A DNA stretch of 64,000 nucleotides from Selaginella moellendorffii (taxonomy: Eukaryota > Plantae > Lycopodiophyta): contig NW_003314303.1 of NCBI RefSeq assembly GCF_000143415.4, forward strand, positions 987,389 to 1,051,388. The letters are read 5' to 3'. Within the stretch, counting starts at the first letter, position 1. The number at the start of each line of letters is the position of its first letter. A program made the translations under genes and the position numbers. This document shows positions 11,988-25,128 of the stretch, piece by piece. The notes under the pieces were generated by a model. The model did not search any database. It was not told where the DNA came from and saw nothing but the letters and a program-made list of their open reading frames with translations.

Positions 11988-13476
11988 CTAGAGCTCGTCA
12001 TTGTCATCGTGCTCGTAATTCAGCACCCCCAACTCTTGTGTTGTTGCTGCTGAAATTTTCTTCTCGCTCGATGCCATGAGCTCTGGTATCCATTCATCTC
12101 CATCGATGAAAAGCGGGCTCAAGTAAGGATAAGCTTGCCAATCCGAAAGAGAGTGAGACCAGTTCGCTCGTTTTCTCCTGTTGGATCCCAAGCCAGAGCA
12201 CTCGTATTCGCCATAAACAACCGTCCTGCAAAGAGCTCAAGCCAGTGAGCAAGGAAAAAATTCGAAGCAAAGCAACGAAAGAAGTCCGGAAGAAGAAAAA
12301 ACGAATAGAGAAAGGTTGCGTGAACTTACAAAGTTCTGCCCGAGTCTCCCCAGTCGTCCCATCCAACCGGATGGACGATGCTGTCCATGGAAGTGTACGC
12401 AAAGATTACTCTGGAGAACGGACCCCACGCTCGTCCCAAGAGAACGTTTCCAGTCCCCGTTATACTACAGTTGACGAACGAAAAAGCCGAGGCTTCCGAC
12501 CACTTTAGTCGTCGCTGAGCAGTGATCGACCCCGAGACTTTCTTCGATGGGTTCGCAACTGAGTGGAGTTCACAGTTCTGAGAAACACGTAGAAAACTCT
12601 GAAGGAGCTCAAGCTTTTTGAAAAAGAAGTACCTCGTAGAGAGATCGTCCACTCCCACAGATGAAATCGATGGATCCCTCGATGAAGCATTCCTTGAAGT
12701 AGTGTCGGCCTTGGTCGTCGAATAGAGTGTCTTGGAAGCCATAAAAGCCGCAGCCATAGAACGCTGCTCGGTCGGATGAAACTCTCAGAGCAACGGCTTG
12801 AGCTCCTTGAACTCCAACTCCTGGTCCTGGAGAAGTGTTCTACGCTGGAATACGTTAGTAGATTGAACATCTCGCTGCCTTACCAGAAAACTCAAGTTCT
12901 TGGCAACAAAATCTGTTGCTTCCACGCTCACACTTGCACTTTTGTATGTTCTGCCGCTAGAATTTGCGGTGTCGTTCCAGGCTATGGCTGTGAGGTCCAT
13001 TCCTTGTCCCTGCAAAGTAATATACGGCTTGCTATGTGGGATCAACACCTTTTCCCTGGATCCAAACAAAGAGAACGATGACAGAAACCTTGCAGCGAGA
13101 TTCAGAAACTTTCTTACGTGAATGTTCCATTGTTAATATAGATATGAACTGGAACTTGGTTGTAGTCGGGAACAGCGTCGATCGCATCCTGGACTGTGCG
13201 GAAATCTCCAAATCCTTTTTGATCTACAATAAAAACAACCGGTGAAGCCTCACGATCGTCACAACTGCTAGTGATATCTAAAGTGAAAGGAAGAGTCAGG
13301 GAAGCTGGCTCTGGAGAAAACAGGCTTTGGAAGACACACATAGCCATGGCGGCGCCATAGATTCTAGGAGCTGTGTGAGAGCGCAAAAGCACGAAGACAT
13401 GCAAAAGCAGCCACGCAACAGCAGAAAGAACAACACCAACAACGAGTTGTTTGGTTTTTCTCGAAGCTCGAGTCAT
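11988..13476 (-). CDS. pectin methylesterase (no PMEI pro-domain), 5 exons
   Basis: [40 protein letters not shown] and YGEYECSG motifs; N-terminal hydrophobic anchor. Confidence 0.95.
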
Positions 13477-14060
13477 AGCGAGATGGATTAGAGCCGTAGG
13501 AATTTCCACCAAGCTTGCTGCTTAATACGAAGAGAACTCTTCTGGAACAACTGAAGAACCATCTCTAAGCAAGTAAGGACGCAAACAATCAATGAAGGAA
13601 GAAATGCCTTACAAGCAATGCAAAGAATTTTAGCAAGGCCAAGTCTGGAAAACAAAACAAATCCATCGCTCAAAGGTTTCTAGCGAAGAATCAAAGAATG
13701 GAATCGAACGGCACAATTAGAATGCAAAATTCCGCTAGAGTTTCTTACAATCATAAGAATTTCTTGCAAGCAACCATGGAATGGGAATGGCGAGGTTTCG
13801 TTTATGCAAAGCAAAGCCCTGTAGCTACTACCACTAAAGAAAGAATGCTGGCATCGCGATCACATACCTGGAAGGAGCGACCATCATGGATGGAACGCGA
13901 GCGTTTGTGGCGTCGACACGCCACGGCGAGACGCGTCAAATTCCCCATTCTAATAGCAAATAGGGTTCTACAACTAGGCTAGGGTTTTACATTGGAGGAA
14001 ATATTTTGCGGTACTCCGGTGATCGATCGATCGATCGCGTGCCGTGCCAGGTTTGTAGCG

Positions 14061-15188
14061 ATGTCGCATTCCGGAGGAGGATACTCGAGCGCGCCATCGG
14101 CGCCACCGGCGCCTTCATCGCCCTATCAATCATGGCAGCCGGGGCAATCCACAGCCTACTCGTCATCGCCATACGCGCAGCCTCCGTCGGCCTCGCCAGG
14201 GATGTCTCCAGCTCCTCCTTATGCATCTCCATACTCGTCTGGATCTGGAGCTCCTCCATCCTATGGGGGCGCCGCGCCGACGCCTCCCTATGGAGGACCT
14301 CCATCGGCTCCTTGGGCTCAGCCTCCATCGGGCTATCCATACGGCTATCCACAGCAGCCTCCACAGCCGGGCTACGGCCAATTCGGGGCGCAATTCCCTC
14401 CTGGGACCGATCCGGAGATCGTTCGCGCTTTCCAGGGCGCCGATCGCGATGGCAGTGGGACGATCGATGATATGGAGCTCCAGACGGCGCTCTCGGCTGG
14501 GCAGCCTTTCAGCTTGCGGACGGTCCATCTCATGCTCCACCAGTTTGCCAACAATGCGAAGAGAATCGGTAAAGCCTTTTTCTTGTGCTTCTCTTTTTTA
14601 CTTTTGAGACTGAGTGGAAGCTTCGATCGTTTTCCAGGACCAACGGAGTTTGCGACGCTCTGGAAGGCTCTAAGAGACTGGAGAGTAAGCACTAATCTTA
14701 ATTCTATAGTATGATTGATATGGAACTTTGCCTGTGACTTCCAGGGAACTTTCGAGCGGTTTGATAGAGATCGCAGCGGGAGAATAGAGACCGGAGAACT
14801 TAGAGACGCGCTCTTGAGCCTCGGATATGCAGTCCCACCATCGGTACTGCAAATTCTAGTCTCAAAGTACGATAAGACTGGGCAAGCCCGCGGCCTAGAT
14901 TATGACAACTTTGTCGAGTAAGCTGTTTTCCTTTTGTTTCGTGCTCGTGTGCGTTAACTAACGCTCTGCTCATTGTTTCCTCTCTTATACAGGTGTGGCT
15001 TGGTTGTAAAGGTGAGTTCATCGTTTTATTTTCTTTCTTTTGTTGTTTTGGTGACACTGACAAGTTCCTACCGTGCAATGCAGGGACTCACGGAGAAGTT
15101 CAAGGAGAAGGATGTGAAGCTCACGGGCTCGGCCACGCTAAGCTACGAGGCGTTCATGCTTATGGTTTTGCCTTTCATTGTTGCTTAG
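14061..15188 (+). CDS. penta-EF-hand Ca-binding protein (CML49/CML50-like, ALG-2/peflin family)
   Basis: Pro/Tyr/Gly-rich N-terminus, EF hands DRDGSGTIDDMEL and DRDRSGRIETGEL, FSLRTVHLM and LTEKFKEKD...YEAFMLMVLPF; includes a ~20-bp micro-exon. Confidence 0.93.
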
Positions 15189-15955
15189 AAATATTACTCT
15201 CTTGTTAGATTACTCATCGTGTTTGTATGTTTGTTTGCAAAGTATTGGAACCAGGCAGTAGTGAAAGCGAAAGAAGACGTACGTGTTCTATCGCTCGAAA
15301 AGACTTGCCACTGTATAATCAGGTACTCACAAACGACTAATTCAAGTGGCTCATCCAATTTGTCAACTAAGTGCATTTGTGTTTTTATGGAAACTTTGCC
15401 ATAGCTTTGGTGTTTACAGTCAGTGGACTGACTAAAATTTGAGGTTTCTGCAGGACAAACTCTGCAACACTCCGATTTTTCAAGTGTTTCAAAGACACGA
15501 ACTTCGGCCTTGACAACCTACAAAATTTCCAACACGGTAAGACACGCCTAGACTATGACAAGGTTCCTGCTTAAGTCTTAAGATCGATTTGTCAATTAAT
15601 TGGCAAGTTCCGTGTTCTTCCTTCTTTCTTCTTTTGCATCTACAGGTGTAAGGCCAGTTCTTCAGTTTATCGTTTTGTCCAGCAGCAACTTGGCGATGAT
15701 GCTATCAGGTTTTGCGACGATGCTAAAAGCCATGAAACTTTCATTTGTTTGTAATATATTCTCGTCGTGTGTGTCTTTTTGGAAATCAGAGTTGGCTCGA
15801 CTTTTCTCGAAACCAATATGTACATATCTTGCAGCTTCATTCTCGAGGTAATCCTTCAATGCTTATTCGATCAGCCTCTCACTGACCTTGTATGCTGTAA
15901 CATATATATAGGATATAAAAAAGAGTCCAGGGAGATTCCAACTCTTTCTTCATCG

Positions 15956-17678
15956 TCATCGTCTGTTGAAGCGTGCGGGTGATCGCCTGGGCGAGGCCTG
16001 GTATCTTTGCTGGTTTGGAGCTCCGCCACCACTGGCAGGACTTGGAAAGCCATTTCTATGGTGATGAGTATGTCCCTTTGGCGAGTTGTTATTCCCATGG
16101 TGGCTGAAGTTCCCGTTTACAATCAGTGGTCTCGGCCTGGAGCTCGGGTATGGATTTGTGTTGTAGTTTAGAGGTTGGAGCTGACCCGTGATGTCGCTTG
16201 TGACTTGCAGAGGCTCCAGGTGACGAACAATCTCCTTCATATCCGGCCTCGACTTTGCGTCCCGACTGAGGCAAGCCGCGGCGAGCTGAGCGGCCTTTTG
16301 GAAGGCTTTCATGGGGCACTGGCCGTCGAGCTTTGGATCCACCAGTCTGAAGATCCTGCGCTTGTCGTGGAGATAAGGCCTGGCCCATTCCACCAAGTTG
16401 TGCTCTCCAGTGGGTCTAGACTTGTCCATGGATCGTCTGCCAGTTAGCATCTCCAGGAAGACAACTCCAAAGCTGTAAACATCGCTCCTGGCTGTCAAGT
16501 GACCTGGAGGAAACAAAGGTACGATCCTTTTAAGTTCAAGAACTCTCAAGTTTTTTTCTTTCCTTGTGAACTTACCAGTCATCACGTACTCGGGAGCTGC
16601 GTAGCCGTAAGTTCCCATGATTCGTGTGGAAACATGCGTCTTGTCTCCTTCCGGGCCATCTTTCGCGAGGCCGAAATCCGAGAGCTTGGCCGTGTAGTCC
16701 TGAGAGGATTTAACGAGTCACGGGTTTGTTAGTCTCCAAGATTGTTTCTTCATTTCTTTATCTTCTACTCACGTGGTCTAGCAGGATGTTGGAAGTTTTA
16801 AAGTCGCGATAGATCACAGTTTCCCGATGCAAAAAGGCGAGGCCTTGCGCGGCTCCCAATGCGACCTTCATTCGAATCGCCCAAGTTAGAGGCAATGATC
16901 CTTCTGCCAAAACAAGAACAATAAAATTTGAAGACAACGCGTGAGCCGATAGTCGTAAGAAAAAAAAACTCTCTGTGACGAGCAACTTACTGCGAAATAG
17001 ATGGTTTTCCAGGCTACCGCGAGGCATGAACTCGTAGACAAGAAGTCGATGCTCGTCCTCCGCGCAGTAACCAATCAACTTTACGAGATTGAAGTGGTGA
17101 AGCTGGCCGAGAAAATTCACCTCCGCCTGTAAGTTTCATCCATTCCGTCAACAAAACCGGTGTTTTCTTCGCAGACTAGAACTTACCAGCCATTCTCGGT
17201 GGCCTTGGAATCCTTCCGGATTCAGCTGCTTCACTGCTACAGTTAAACCCGAGCCGGGGCGAACAGCGGCCGTGCCATTCTCGTCGATCCACCCCTTGAA
17301 AACATGGCCGAAGCCGCCCTCCCCGATCCAACTATCCGGCCGGAAGTTCCGAGTAGCGGACTTGAGATCACCGAAGCTAAACACGCGGAGGCCGGAGCTC
17401 TGGCGGAGGATCTCATCTCCGGACCTGGGAGTGGAGGGCAGTACGTCGGAGGAGGAGAAGGATTTCTTGCGCTGGGTCTGTGGGGTTTGCTCCGCAGGCG
17501 AATCCGGGTGATCTACAGTGACCGAGAAGTTAGAACAAGCAAGCCGAGACAAACGAGATCGAAGAACTTGCTGCTGTGATCTGTACGAACCTGTGCTTGG
17601 GGTCACGCTGCCGTTATCTCGATGCTTACCGACGCATCGTCCCAGAGCCGACCCAAAAGCGGACCAGCAAGAACACAT
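15956..17678 (-). CDS. receptor-like cytoplasmic kinase VII (PBL34/35/36-like)
   Basis: [67 protein letters not shown] and SDVYSFGVV across spliced exons. Confidence 0.95.
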
Positions 17679-18949
17679 CCTCCGTGCTGGTGAGCTATCG
17701 GTTCTAACTCTGTATCCTTTGCTTTCAAGTTCTTAGATCTTCGTGGAGCTCTCGAGAATCTAGCGTCCCTTTCCTCCTTCCCGGCAAGGTACCAAAGCTA
17801 TCTATCACTCGCTCGCCTCTACCTTCGTCTCATTTTGTTCCAGATTCCCGGGGATGTGAGCGCTGGAAAACACGATAACACGGTGCTCGTGTTTGGCGAC
17901 TACTGACCTGGTAAACACGAGCTCCTTTCTCCCCCCCACGCTCACTCACTGCTTCTTCCTCGAATCGATCACTTCCGAGAGACCCATTAGTTACTGCGAA
18001 ATCTGCGAGAACTTGCTCCACCTAACTAAGAGGGAGCATGAGAGAAGAACAGCGAGGGTAAAGAGAGAGAGAAGACCGAGACAACAGCGAAACAAAACAA
18101 GCAAAGGAAGCAAGCAAGAAGAAGATTATTTCTTTATGAGAGAGACATAGAGTGAGAGAAGAAAACCAAGGCGGAAGAAGAAGAAGAACAATGAAGAAAA
18201 TTTCACCGAGGCACTGTGCTGAATGCGACAGCGAGACAGGCAGTGAGAAGGCAGAGAAAGGCACTGGTGCTGCTCAGTATAAGCATATGATAAGAATGAA
18301 AGGTACAATGTTTTTCAAGTTTTATTTCTGGTGATTTTTCTATGCTCCAATCTTTTGCCTGTTGGTTTACTCCAACTTGTGTTATCTATCATTCTGGAGC
18401 TATCTCATCTCCATCTCCATGGTCTTGTTCTTCCTGAAAGTTTTGGAGTCTTGGTAGTGGTTTGTTTGCTTCTTTCGTTTCTTGTATGGGAGAGGATGTT
18501 CTTCTTCTTTCTTCTGCTTGGACTGGGGAACCAGTCCAAGATGGGCAGCCAATGCCGCGTTCCAAGGATAATTAGTTTTGTATTATGGATTCTAGAATCA
18601 TGTTTAGATGATAAGTTATTAGCAATGGAATCCAAGCGGAAGTCCAGCAACAGGTCAACTGTTGTGATGCTAGATACGAGAAAAGCTTCCCAAACGACTA
18701 GAGCTATGTTTTTTTAGTTCTAGTGGAGAAGAGTTTGTATCAAAACCAAAATGTGATCTTGCTGTGAGTGGAGTTTTCGACAGAATGTTGCAAGAACAAC
18801 ACGGTGATGTGTTCTCTTTTTTACTTCAGAAAACACAAGAATCGGGCTCTGATTTGAGAGCAATCACAGGATCATTCTATGCGCTTTCTTATCCCACCTT
18901 CCATGTTCGAATTCATGATCAGTGTGACACTGACTGCCGTTTCTTGCAT

Positions 18950-19650
18950 GTGTGACTTTCACCTTAACAATGTTGCCATGAGAACAAACCAAGCGGCATT
19001 TTGCTTGGCAATCTTCTTCATAGCTCGAGCTCCACTCCGCACTGAATCCGGCAGGCACCCAGCAGTGTTTTCCACACCACCACATACTCCGGAACTGGCA
19101 TGCTTTGCAGCAGCTGCTCCGCCTCGGAAAGCCTCCCGACTCGTCCAAAATCATCGATTAGTCCGTAGAGATTGACGAACACTCCTTCAGGCTCGCGCAC
19201 GCGTCCAGCGCGACGCGGTTGAGATTCAGGCGCCCTCGAGCCGCAAGTGGCAGAAGAGATCCATCCCCCCATTCTAGATTCGTAGTAGCTCACCACATTC
19301 TTAATTCTCAAAGAGAACATTTGCCTGGAAAATATGCCCGTTCTCGGCATATGCCTGGATCATGGTGCTGTAAGAAAACACATTCGTATCGTCCATTGAA
19401 TTGAACATTGGCTTGGCCTTCTTCAAAAACCCCACCTCTGCACACCCATAACTTATAGTGTTACGATATATAAGATCTCACTCTGCCGTCTCCTCCAAAT
19501 CCCCATTGTGGGCATTAACGACACAAGCCTTCGATAAAAAATCTCTCTCGTTCTCCACCTCCTCATTCTCCAGAGTGTGCCTGGAAGATCGGGTTCCAGC
19601 AGCCTGTCCTCAAGGCTGCCGCATCCATTTTCAAGGCAAGATTGGAGAGG
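18950..19650 (-). pseudogene. PPR-E class pseudogene fragment
   Basis: IDDFGRVGRLSEAEQLLQSMPVPEYVVVWKTLLGACRI (last PPR plus E domain); upstream frames are broken. Confidence 0.75.
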
Positions 19651-20032
19651 TATCGATTGAGCTCGTAGTTTCATGCCACGATGGAAGGAAGCGATTGGGA
19701 TTGCTCGGCTGGGGCAAAAGGACCCAAAATCCCAGAGAGTTCTTGGATGGATTTTTTTCCTGCTACTAGTGAATTTAGTGTGTTCTTTGTCTACGATGGT
19801 TCCTATCTTTCGTCAGCTCAGCGAATACTGAGGAGGGGAAGATATCCATTCTGTGAAAGCTAAGAATAATGGTTGATGATGATGCTTTGTTCATTTGCTT
19901 GATGGAATTTTTTTGTTTTGGTTCATTTTAAGATAGAGATGTATGAACTCAGGATCTCTGGTGCACTCTTCATAGCACCTTCTCATACTTCAGCCAAGGA
20001 TCCTCAAAGTCACATGTATTGATGCAAGTCTT

Positions 20033-20117
20033 TGTTACATGACACCTCACCACATAGACATTAAGGTTTTCTTGTTCTGTCCGCTAGTGTGGTGGGCTTT
20101 GATCCCGATTTGTCTCA
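20033..20117 (+). repeat. Copia 5' LTR (85 bp)
   Basis: TGTTACA...CACCACATAGACATTA...GATTTGTCTCA, similar to 36622-36708. Confidence 0.9.
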
Positions 20118-21144
20118 TGGTATTGGAGTTGGGATAGTGCTATGGAAGGAAAGCCATCTATTCACGAGTTTGATGGAGAAGGGTTTGAGAACATCCATTT
20201 ACAAATGGATTCTTTGAGGTTAGAGGAAAATGGTAGTATCCAAACTCACATTACCAAGTTTTAGGGCTTCTTCACACAACTTGCAGCTGTTAGGGTAAAG
20301 TACTGTCTCACGGATGAATTCTATAGGTTCTTGCCAGTTAGTTGGAAGAATGCAATTGAGAGCCTGTTTCTCCAACCAAGGATGACTTGAGCAGATGTTG
20401 TGAGGAGTCTTTGCAACATTAAGGGCATGCGAAGCGAGAGAGTAGAAATGCTGTAGGCTATGTATGCTTCGCAGGCTTTTGGTGATGCCAAGGTGGCAAA
20501 ACCGCATACAGTTGCAAATGCCTAAAAAGGGCAAAATTCTGTGGCATCTGGGCATGCAAAGTTTAAATTTGCCAAGAATCAGTGTGCTTGCTACTTGGAG
20601 ATGGGCGCGGACCATACTTGAGCTCACGAGTTGAAGAGTTGAGCTCACGAGTTGAGCTCAATTTTCAATTGTAATTTAGTACAAACATTATAAATTTTAA
20701 AATTTTAAGGTTATGGCGAACCTAATAATTTAATAACTCTCTATATATTATATAGATAAAAATGTTCTAAAGAACACATTTTGTTCTAATAATTTAAATA
20801 TTTACTACATGCAATGATAGGGACATTTGTTAGAACATAAAATAAAATGTTTGAAAAAAGAGTATTCTTGTCACTTCTTTAAATTTGTACTCTATGCTTT
20901 CTGGCTAGTAAATGTTAGGTTTGTCAGAATTAAAAAATTATTAAATTTGAAATAAGATTCTATGTAAAGCCATATAACCGTTTGAAAGGAAAAAAAATAA
21001 CCGTTGATTTAAGCTTATTGCATATAAAAGAAAGACTTGGTTCTTTGTAGAATACATTCTTGAGGGGTTTGTCGTAGCATACTGTCTAGAATTTATAGAT
21101 CTTCATTCACACTCTCATTCGAAAAAAGGGAAATACACCCACAA

Positions 21145-21595
21145 ATGTCTATGGGTTCTAGTGTTGGTAATTTTAACTCTCACAATCTTTCTTCCCAGGG
21201 CTCAAGGGCTAGGAGATGCAATAATTATCCCATTGCACAGCATAACCAAATCACACAAGAGAATGAAAGAGAGAATAGTGAGGATAGTGATCATGAGTTG
21301 GAGATAAATGCAATGACAGAGGGTGCAACAAATTGGGTGAAAAAGAATGCCCTCTTACTTGTTTAAGAAAAGTGCAATTCTGCCACTTTCAAGAAGTGCC
21401 CCATATGTTTTCTAGACTGCTGGAAACAATGGCAATGATCAGTATGATGGTATATATGCTCTTGCGACACACTGCAACATCACGCACCCGAAAGACTACG
21501 ATGAAATCTTTTATGAGATGGTAAAGACAGAAATGGAGACACACGAGTACTATGGGCAGTATTGCGAGAAGAACACTCGGAAGCATATAAAATGA
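21145..21595 (+). pseudogene. small zinc-finger accessory gene of the MULE (left copy)
   Basis: Reading through one stop and one frameshift gives KKCPICFL...DGIYALATHCNITHP...FYEMVKTEMETHEYY, similar to the ORF at 30873-31418. Confidence 0.55.
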
Positions 21596-21707
21596 AAAGT
21601 GAAATGAAAAAGCACATTTGTATTAATTATATAAAGTATAATAAGTTTTATTGATAGAGAATAAACATCGATAGTGTTGGAGAAATCTAATTAGCTCCAA
21701 AAGTTTT

Positions 21708-24700
21708 CTACAACTCAGCAATAGTAAGGCTTGCTTGGTGTATATGAATATCCACTTTAGGATCCTGGTGCAAGATGTTGATGAAGATGTAGTACATATG
21801 CTTGCAAGGAGCATATGCCTTCCCGTGTTCCTCGCGCTTCGTAAAGTCTAGACATGTGCAAGAAGGAAAGTCGTGAATGGCAATTGTGTACTCTCCACCT
21901 TCTGTTTTGACTATGTACTCCTTTGCAAGCGCAGTGATGTACTTTGTGGAGAGAATCTCACACTCAAGTGTTTGAGCCAAGTTTATTTTACCTTGCTTCT
22001 ACTTGGAGACGGTACTAATAAATTTAACTGCTTTACCTTTTCGTGCTTGCCTCCTGTGCATCTCTGTAGGAATAGTCCTGCTCCTGTCACTCATGTCTCC
22101 AACTCTCCTCTCAAGATTAAAACCAGATTTCTCAAGGTTTTCAATCTCATCCGAGGTGAGCGCGACCCCATTAGCAACCGGCCATTCTTTAGGTACTGCA
22201 TCAGGTTTAGTCACTATAGTGTCTTCAAGCCGCTTCGTATGGTTGGCGTCGGTGTTGCAACAATATAGCCAGCACCATCTTGAAAATCCTGCTTGCTTTC
22301 GTTCCCCATAGAAACATGGGGCTGGAACAGAAGCAGATTTTTCACCACGAATCCAGGCCCAACACTTGCCCCTCGGAAGCATCCCCACACACCTTACATT
22401 TGATTTTGCTGGCACACGTCGGATTGCCCATTGCTTCGGCTCCACGCTACGGTAAGCAATTTCAACCTGTTGCGATGCACTCTCTTCATCAGCCACTTGA
22501 GGTGGCTCAGTCCGAGAGCGGTGTCTTGGAGCAGAATGGTACTCGACATTAGGCCTGTGGGAGCTTTTTGCTCCAAGGTCCATACCAACATCTTCCCCAG
22601 CAAAGGAAAAACGACGCTTTGAGTGGACAGTCTTCATATCACCAATAGAAGCTCGGGGAGTGTACTCCATAGATGTGCCACGGACCACTTCCTCAACTGC
22701 AGTTGCCACTGTTCGGGCGGGTGGAGTTAATTTTCTCTTCATCCTATCATGTAACATCTCAACAGAAGGCCCTATTCCCATGTATCTTCCTTCCTCGAAT
22801 GCCAGTGCTTTTGAAGATTGCTCTATAGCACGTATCAAATCTGATAGACAGGCTTCGTATAGACTCATCTTCCCTTTCCCTGCCTCAGAGGAACGCCAAC
22901 TCCAATGCTTACTTTCAGAGAGATTCACAGTTGGGGTGTATGCGAGGTCCTCAAGTGGTTGATCCTAATGGAAAAGGCAATATTAAAAGGTAATAAAAGG
23001 AGAAGAAAAAATATAAACCAACCTGAAAAGAGTGATGTTCCCATTGGAACATCCTAACTTCCCACCATCCTAACCATGACTCAAGTTGTGGTAGGCAACT
23101 TACGTCTGTATGGCCATCTTCACGCCACCACATTCGGATCTCATTTGCTTTTGCCTCATGCTCTTCTTCAGAAGGTGCAACCTGCCATTGTTTGCACAAC
23201 TCCTTAAATATTGATTGAAACTCTGGCTTGATAAGATGGCAGTGCTAGTTTAGTCTTTGAGCCCAATGGAACTCACAAGTCCTCTCACGACCTTCCAATG
23301 GTTGACCATTCCCAAAAACTGCTCGGATACCATTCCAGTTTGCACCAGCCCCATCTGCCATGAAACCACGAAAGTTTGCAGGCTTACCAGTCCGCTTTAG
23401 GACAATATCAGAGAGGGACTTCCAAAATATTTCCTGTGCTATCTGGTCTTGTACTTTAAACTCTGCTGTCGCAATTGTTAAATTACAACGTAGCCTATAA
23501 AAACATAAATATTATAACAATTTTAATATAATGAGAATAAAAATTACCTTGGATCATACACATGAGCTCCCATGGTTGTCCAACCGGATACACGCTCCAT
23601 ATGGTCAAAATGTACCCATGCATTTGCAAGGTCACTGGACCCAAACATGTCCATTCGGGAGACAAGATCTACGCCAGAGGCAGGGCCCATGGTAGACATT
23701 TTGAAGACGAAGGGGCGCTCTTGCTCATTCACAACTTGGTCTGGAAACAAACTTCCGTGGATGAACTCGTATGGACAAGTCCGTTTCAATTCAAGGATGG
23801 AGTCAATTTTTGATTGCAACTTCCCCTCTCAAGATTCACACATCCAAGATTTTATCCTAAAAAATATAATGTAAGAAAAAATTATTATTATAACGTATGA
23901 AAAATAATGGATGTACCTCCTTAGGCTAGTAGCAAGTTGTACTCCTCGTAGTAAGTCCTGCAAGCTAGTCTCGTTTAGTTGAGTCTTTTGGCAACCTGGA
24001 TTGAGTAAGGTATTTGCGATAAAATCCTTGAGGACGGTCTTCTGAACATGCTTCGGAGTTGCAGATGAGTTTCTCATAGTCTCTTCCTGTACAACATCTT
24101 TGAAACAAACTTCCGTGGATGAACTCGTATGGACAAGTCCGTTTCAATTCAAGGATGGAGTCAATTTTTGATTGCAACTTCCCCTCTCAAGATTCACACA
24201 TCCAAGATTTTATCCTAAAAAATATAATGTAAGAAAAAATTATTATTATAACGTATGAAAAATAACGGATGTACCTCCTTAGGCTAGTAGCAAGTTGTAC
24301 TCCTCGTAGTAAGTCCTGCAAGCTAGTCTCGTTTAGTTGAGTCTTTTGGCAACCTGGATTGAGTAAGGTATTTGCGATAAAATCCTTGAGGACGGTCTTC
24401 TGAACATGCTTCGGAGTTGCAGATGAGTTTCTCATAGTCTCTTCCTGTACAGCATCTTTGAAACGGTTGAGAGAACTCCTTTGTATCCCTTCCTGCATTG
24501 GATGCATATGTGTGCCAACATGCACTGCAGCTCTTCCAGCCACTCCATCCCGTGGAAGAAAGTAGTACATCTTGGCATCGCAGATAGTATGACATAGAGG
24601 AGCATTTTTGCAGAATCGACATTTGAATCCAACAGCAATGGTGTCACAGGCTGGAGGATTGACTGCAGACCCTTCGAAAAATATAGAGTTTCTAGAGCGG

Positions 24701-25128
24701 TCTTGATTGCATGCTTCATCCACACAATCTAAATGCCCGCCACAATGAACTATAGACACTGTGCCTTCAAAATGTTGGAAGTGTGTGGTCTTGATCTTGC
24801 ACCAATTGTGGACATCCTACTTGGTTTCCATCCCCTTCTGTTTGGAACCTATGCTGCTGACAAGAGGTGGTAGCTCGAAGAAAATGTTGCCGTTGTAGGA
24901 GGATGGAAGCTCACTCACAAGCCTATACAAAAACAAGTGCACGTCGATTGAGAGGCGTGAAAACTGGAAAGCATTGCTAACGGCTTTGAATATTGCTGAA
25001 GTTGGAGCTGGAGCTGGTGAATTTGGCACCGACACTAGCATGACATCTTCACTTGAACTAGAAGAGGACGAGAGGATAACGACTGACTCTTGCTTCACAT
25101 TCACTTTCGCTGGAGCGCATTTTGGCAT
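21708..25128 (-). pseudogene. MULE transposase (GCM-like Zn domain, DDE core, SWIM finger), intron-containing, inactivated
   Basis: CGGHLDC..C..CRFC..C..HVGTHMHP; WVHFDH; GFMADGAGANW; CEFHW (CxxH); VNLSESKH; SWIM motif PSCTCLDF..PCKHMYYI; in-frame stops and a 358-bp duplication. Confidence 0.88.
23744..24464. repeat. 358-bp tandem duplication inside the transposase
   Basis: 23744-24101 is nearly identical to 24102-24459, with GAAAC microhomology at the junctions. Confidence 0.95.

Noticed and set aside
15662-15859. Short minus-strand ORF downstream of the kinase
   Set aside because: No recognisable motif; flanked by stops; lies in a probable 3' region.
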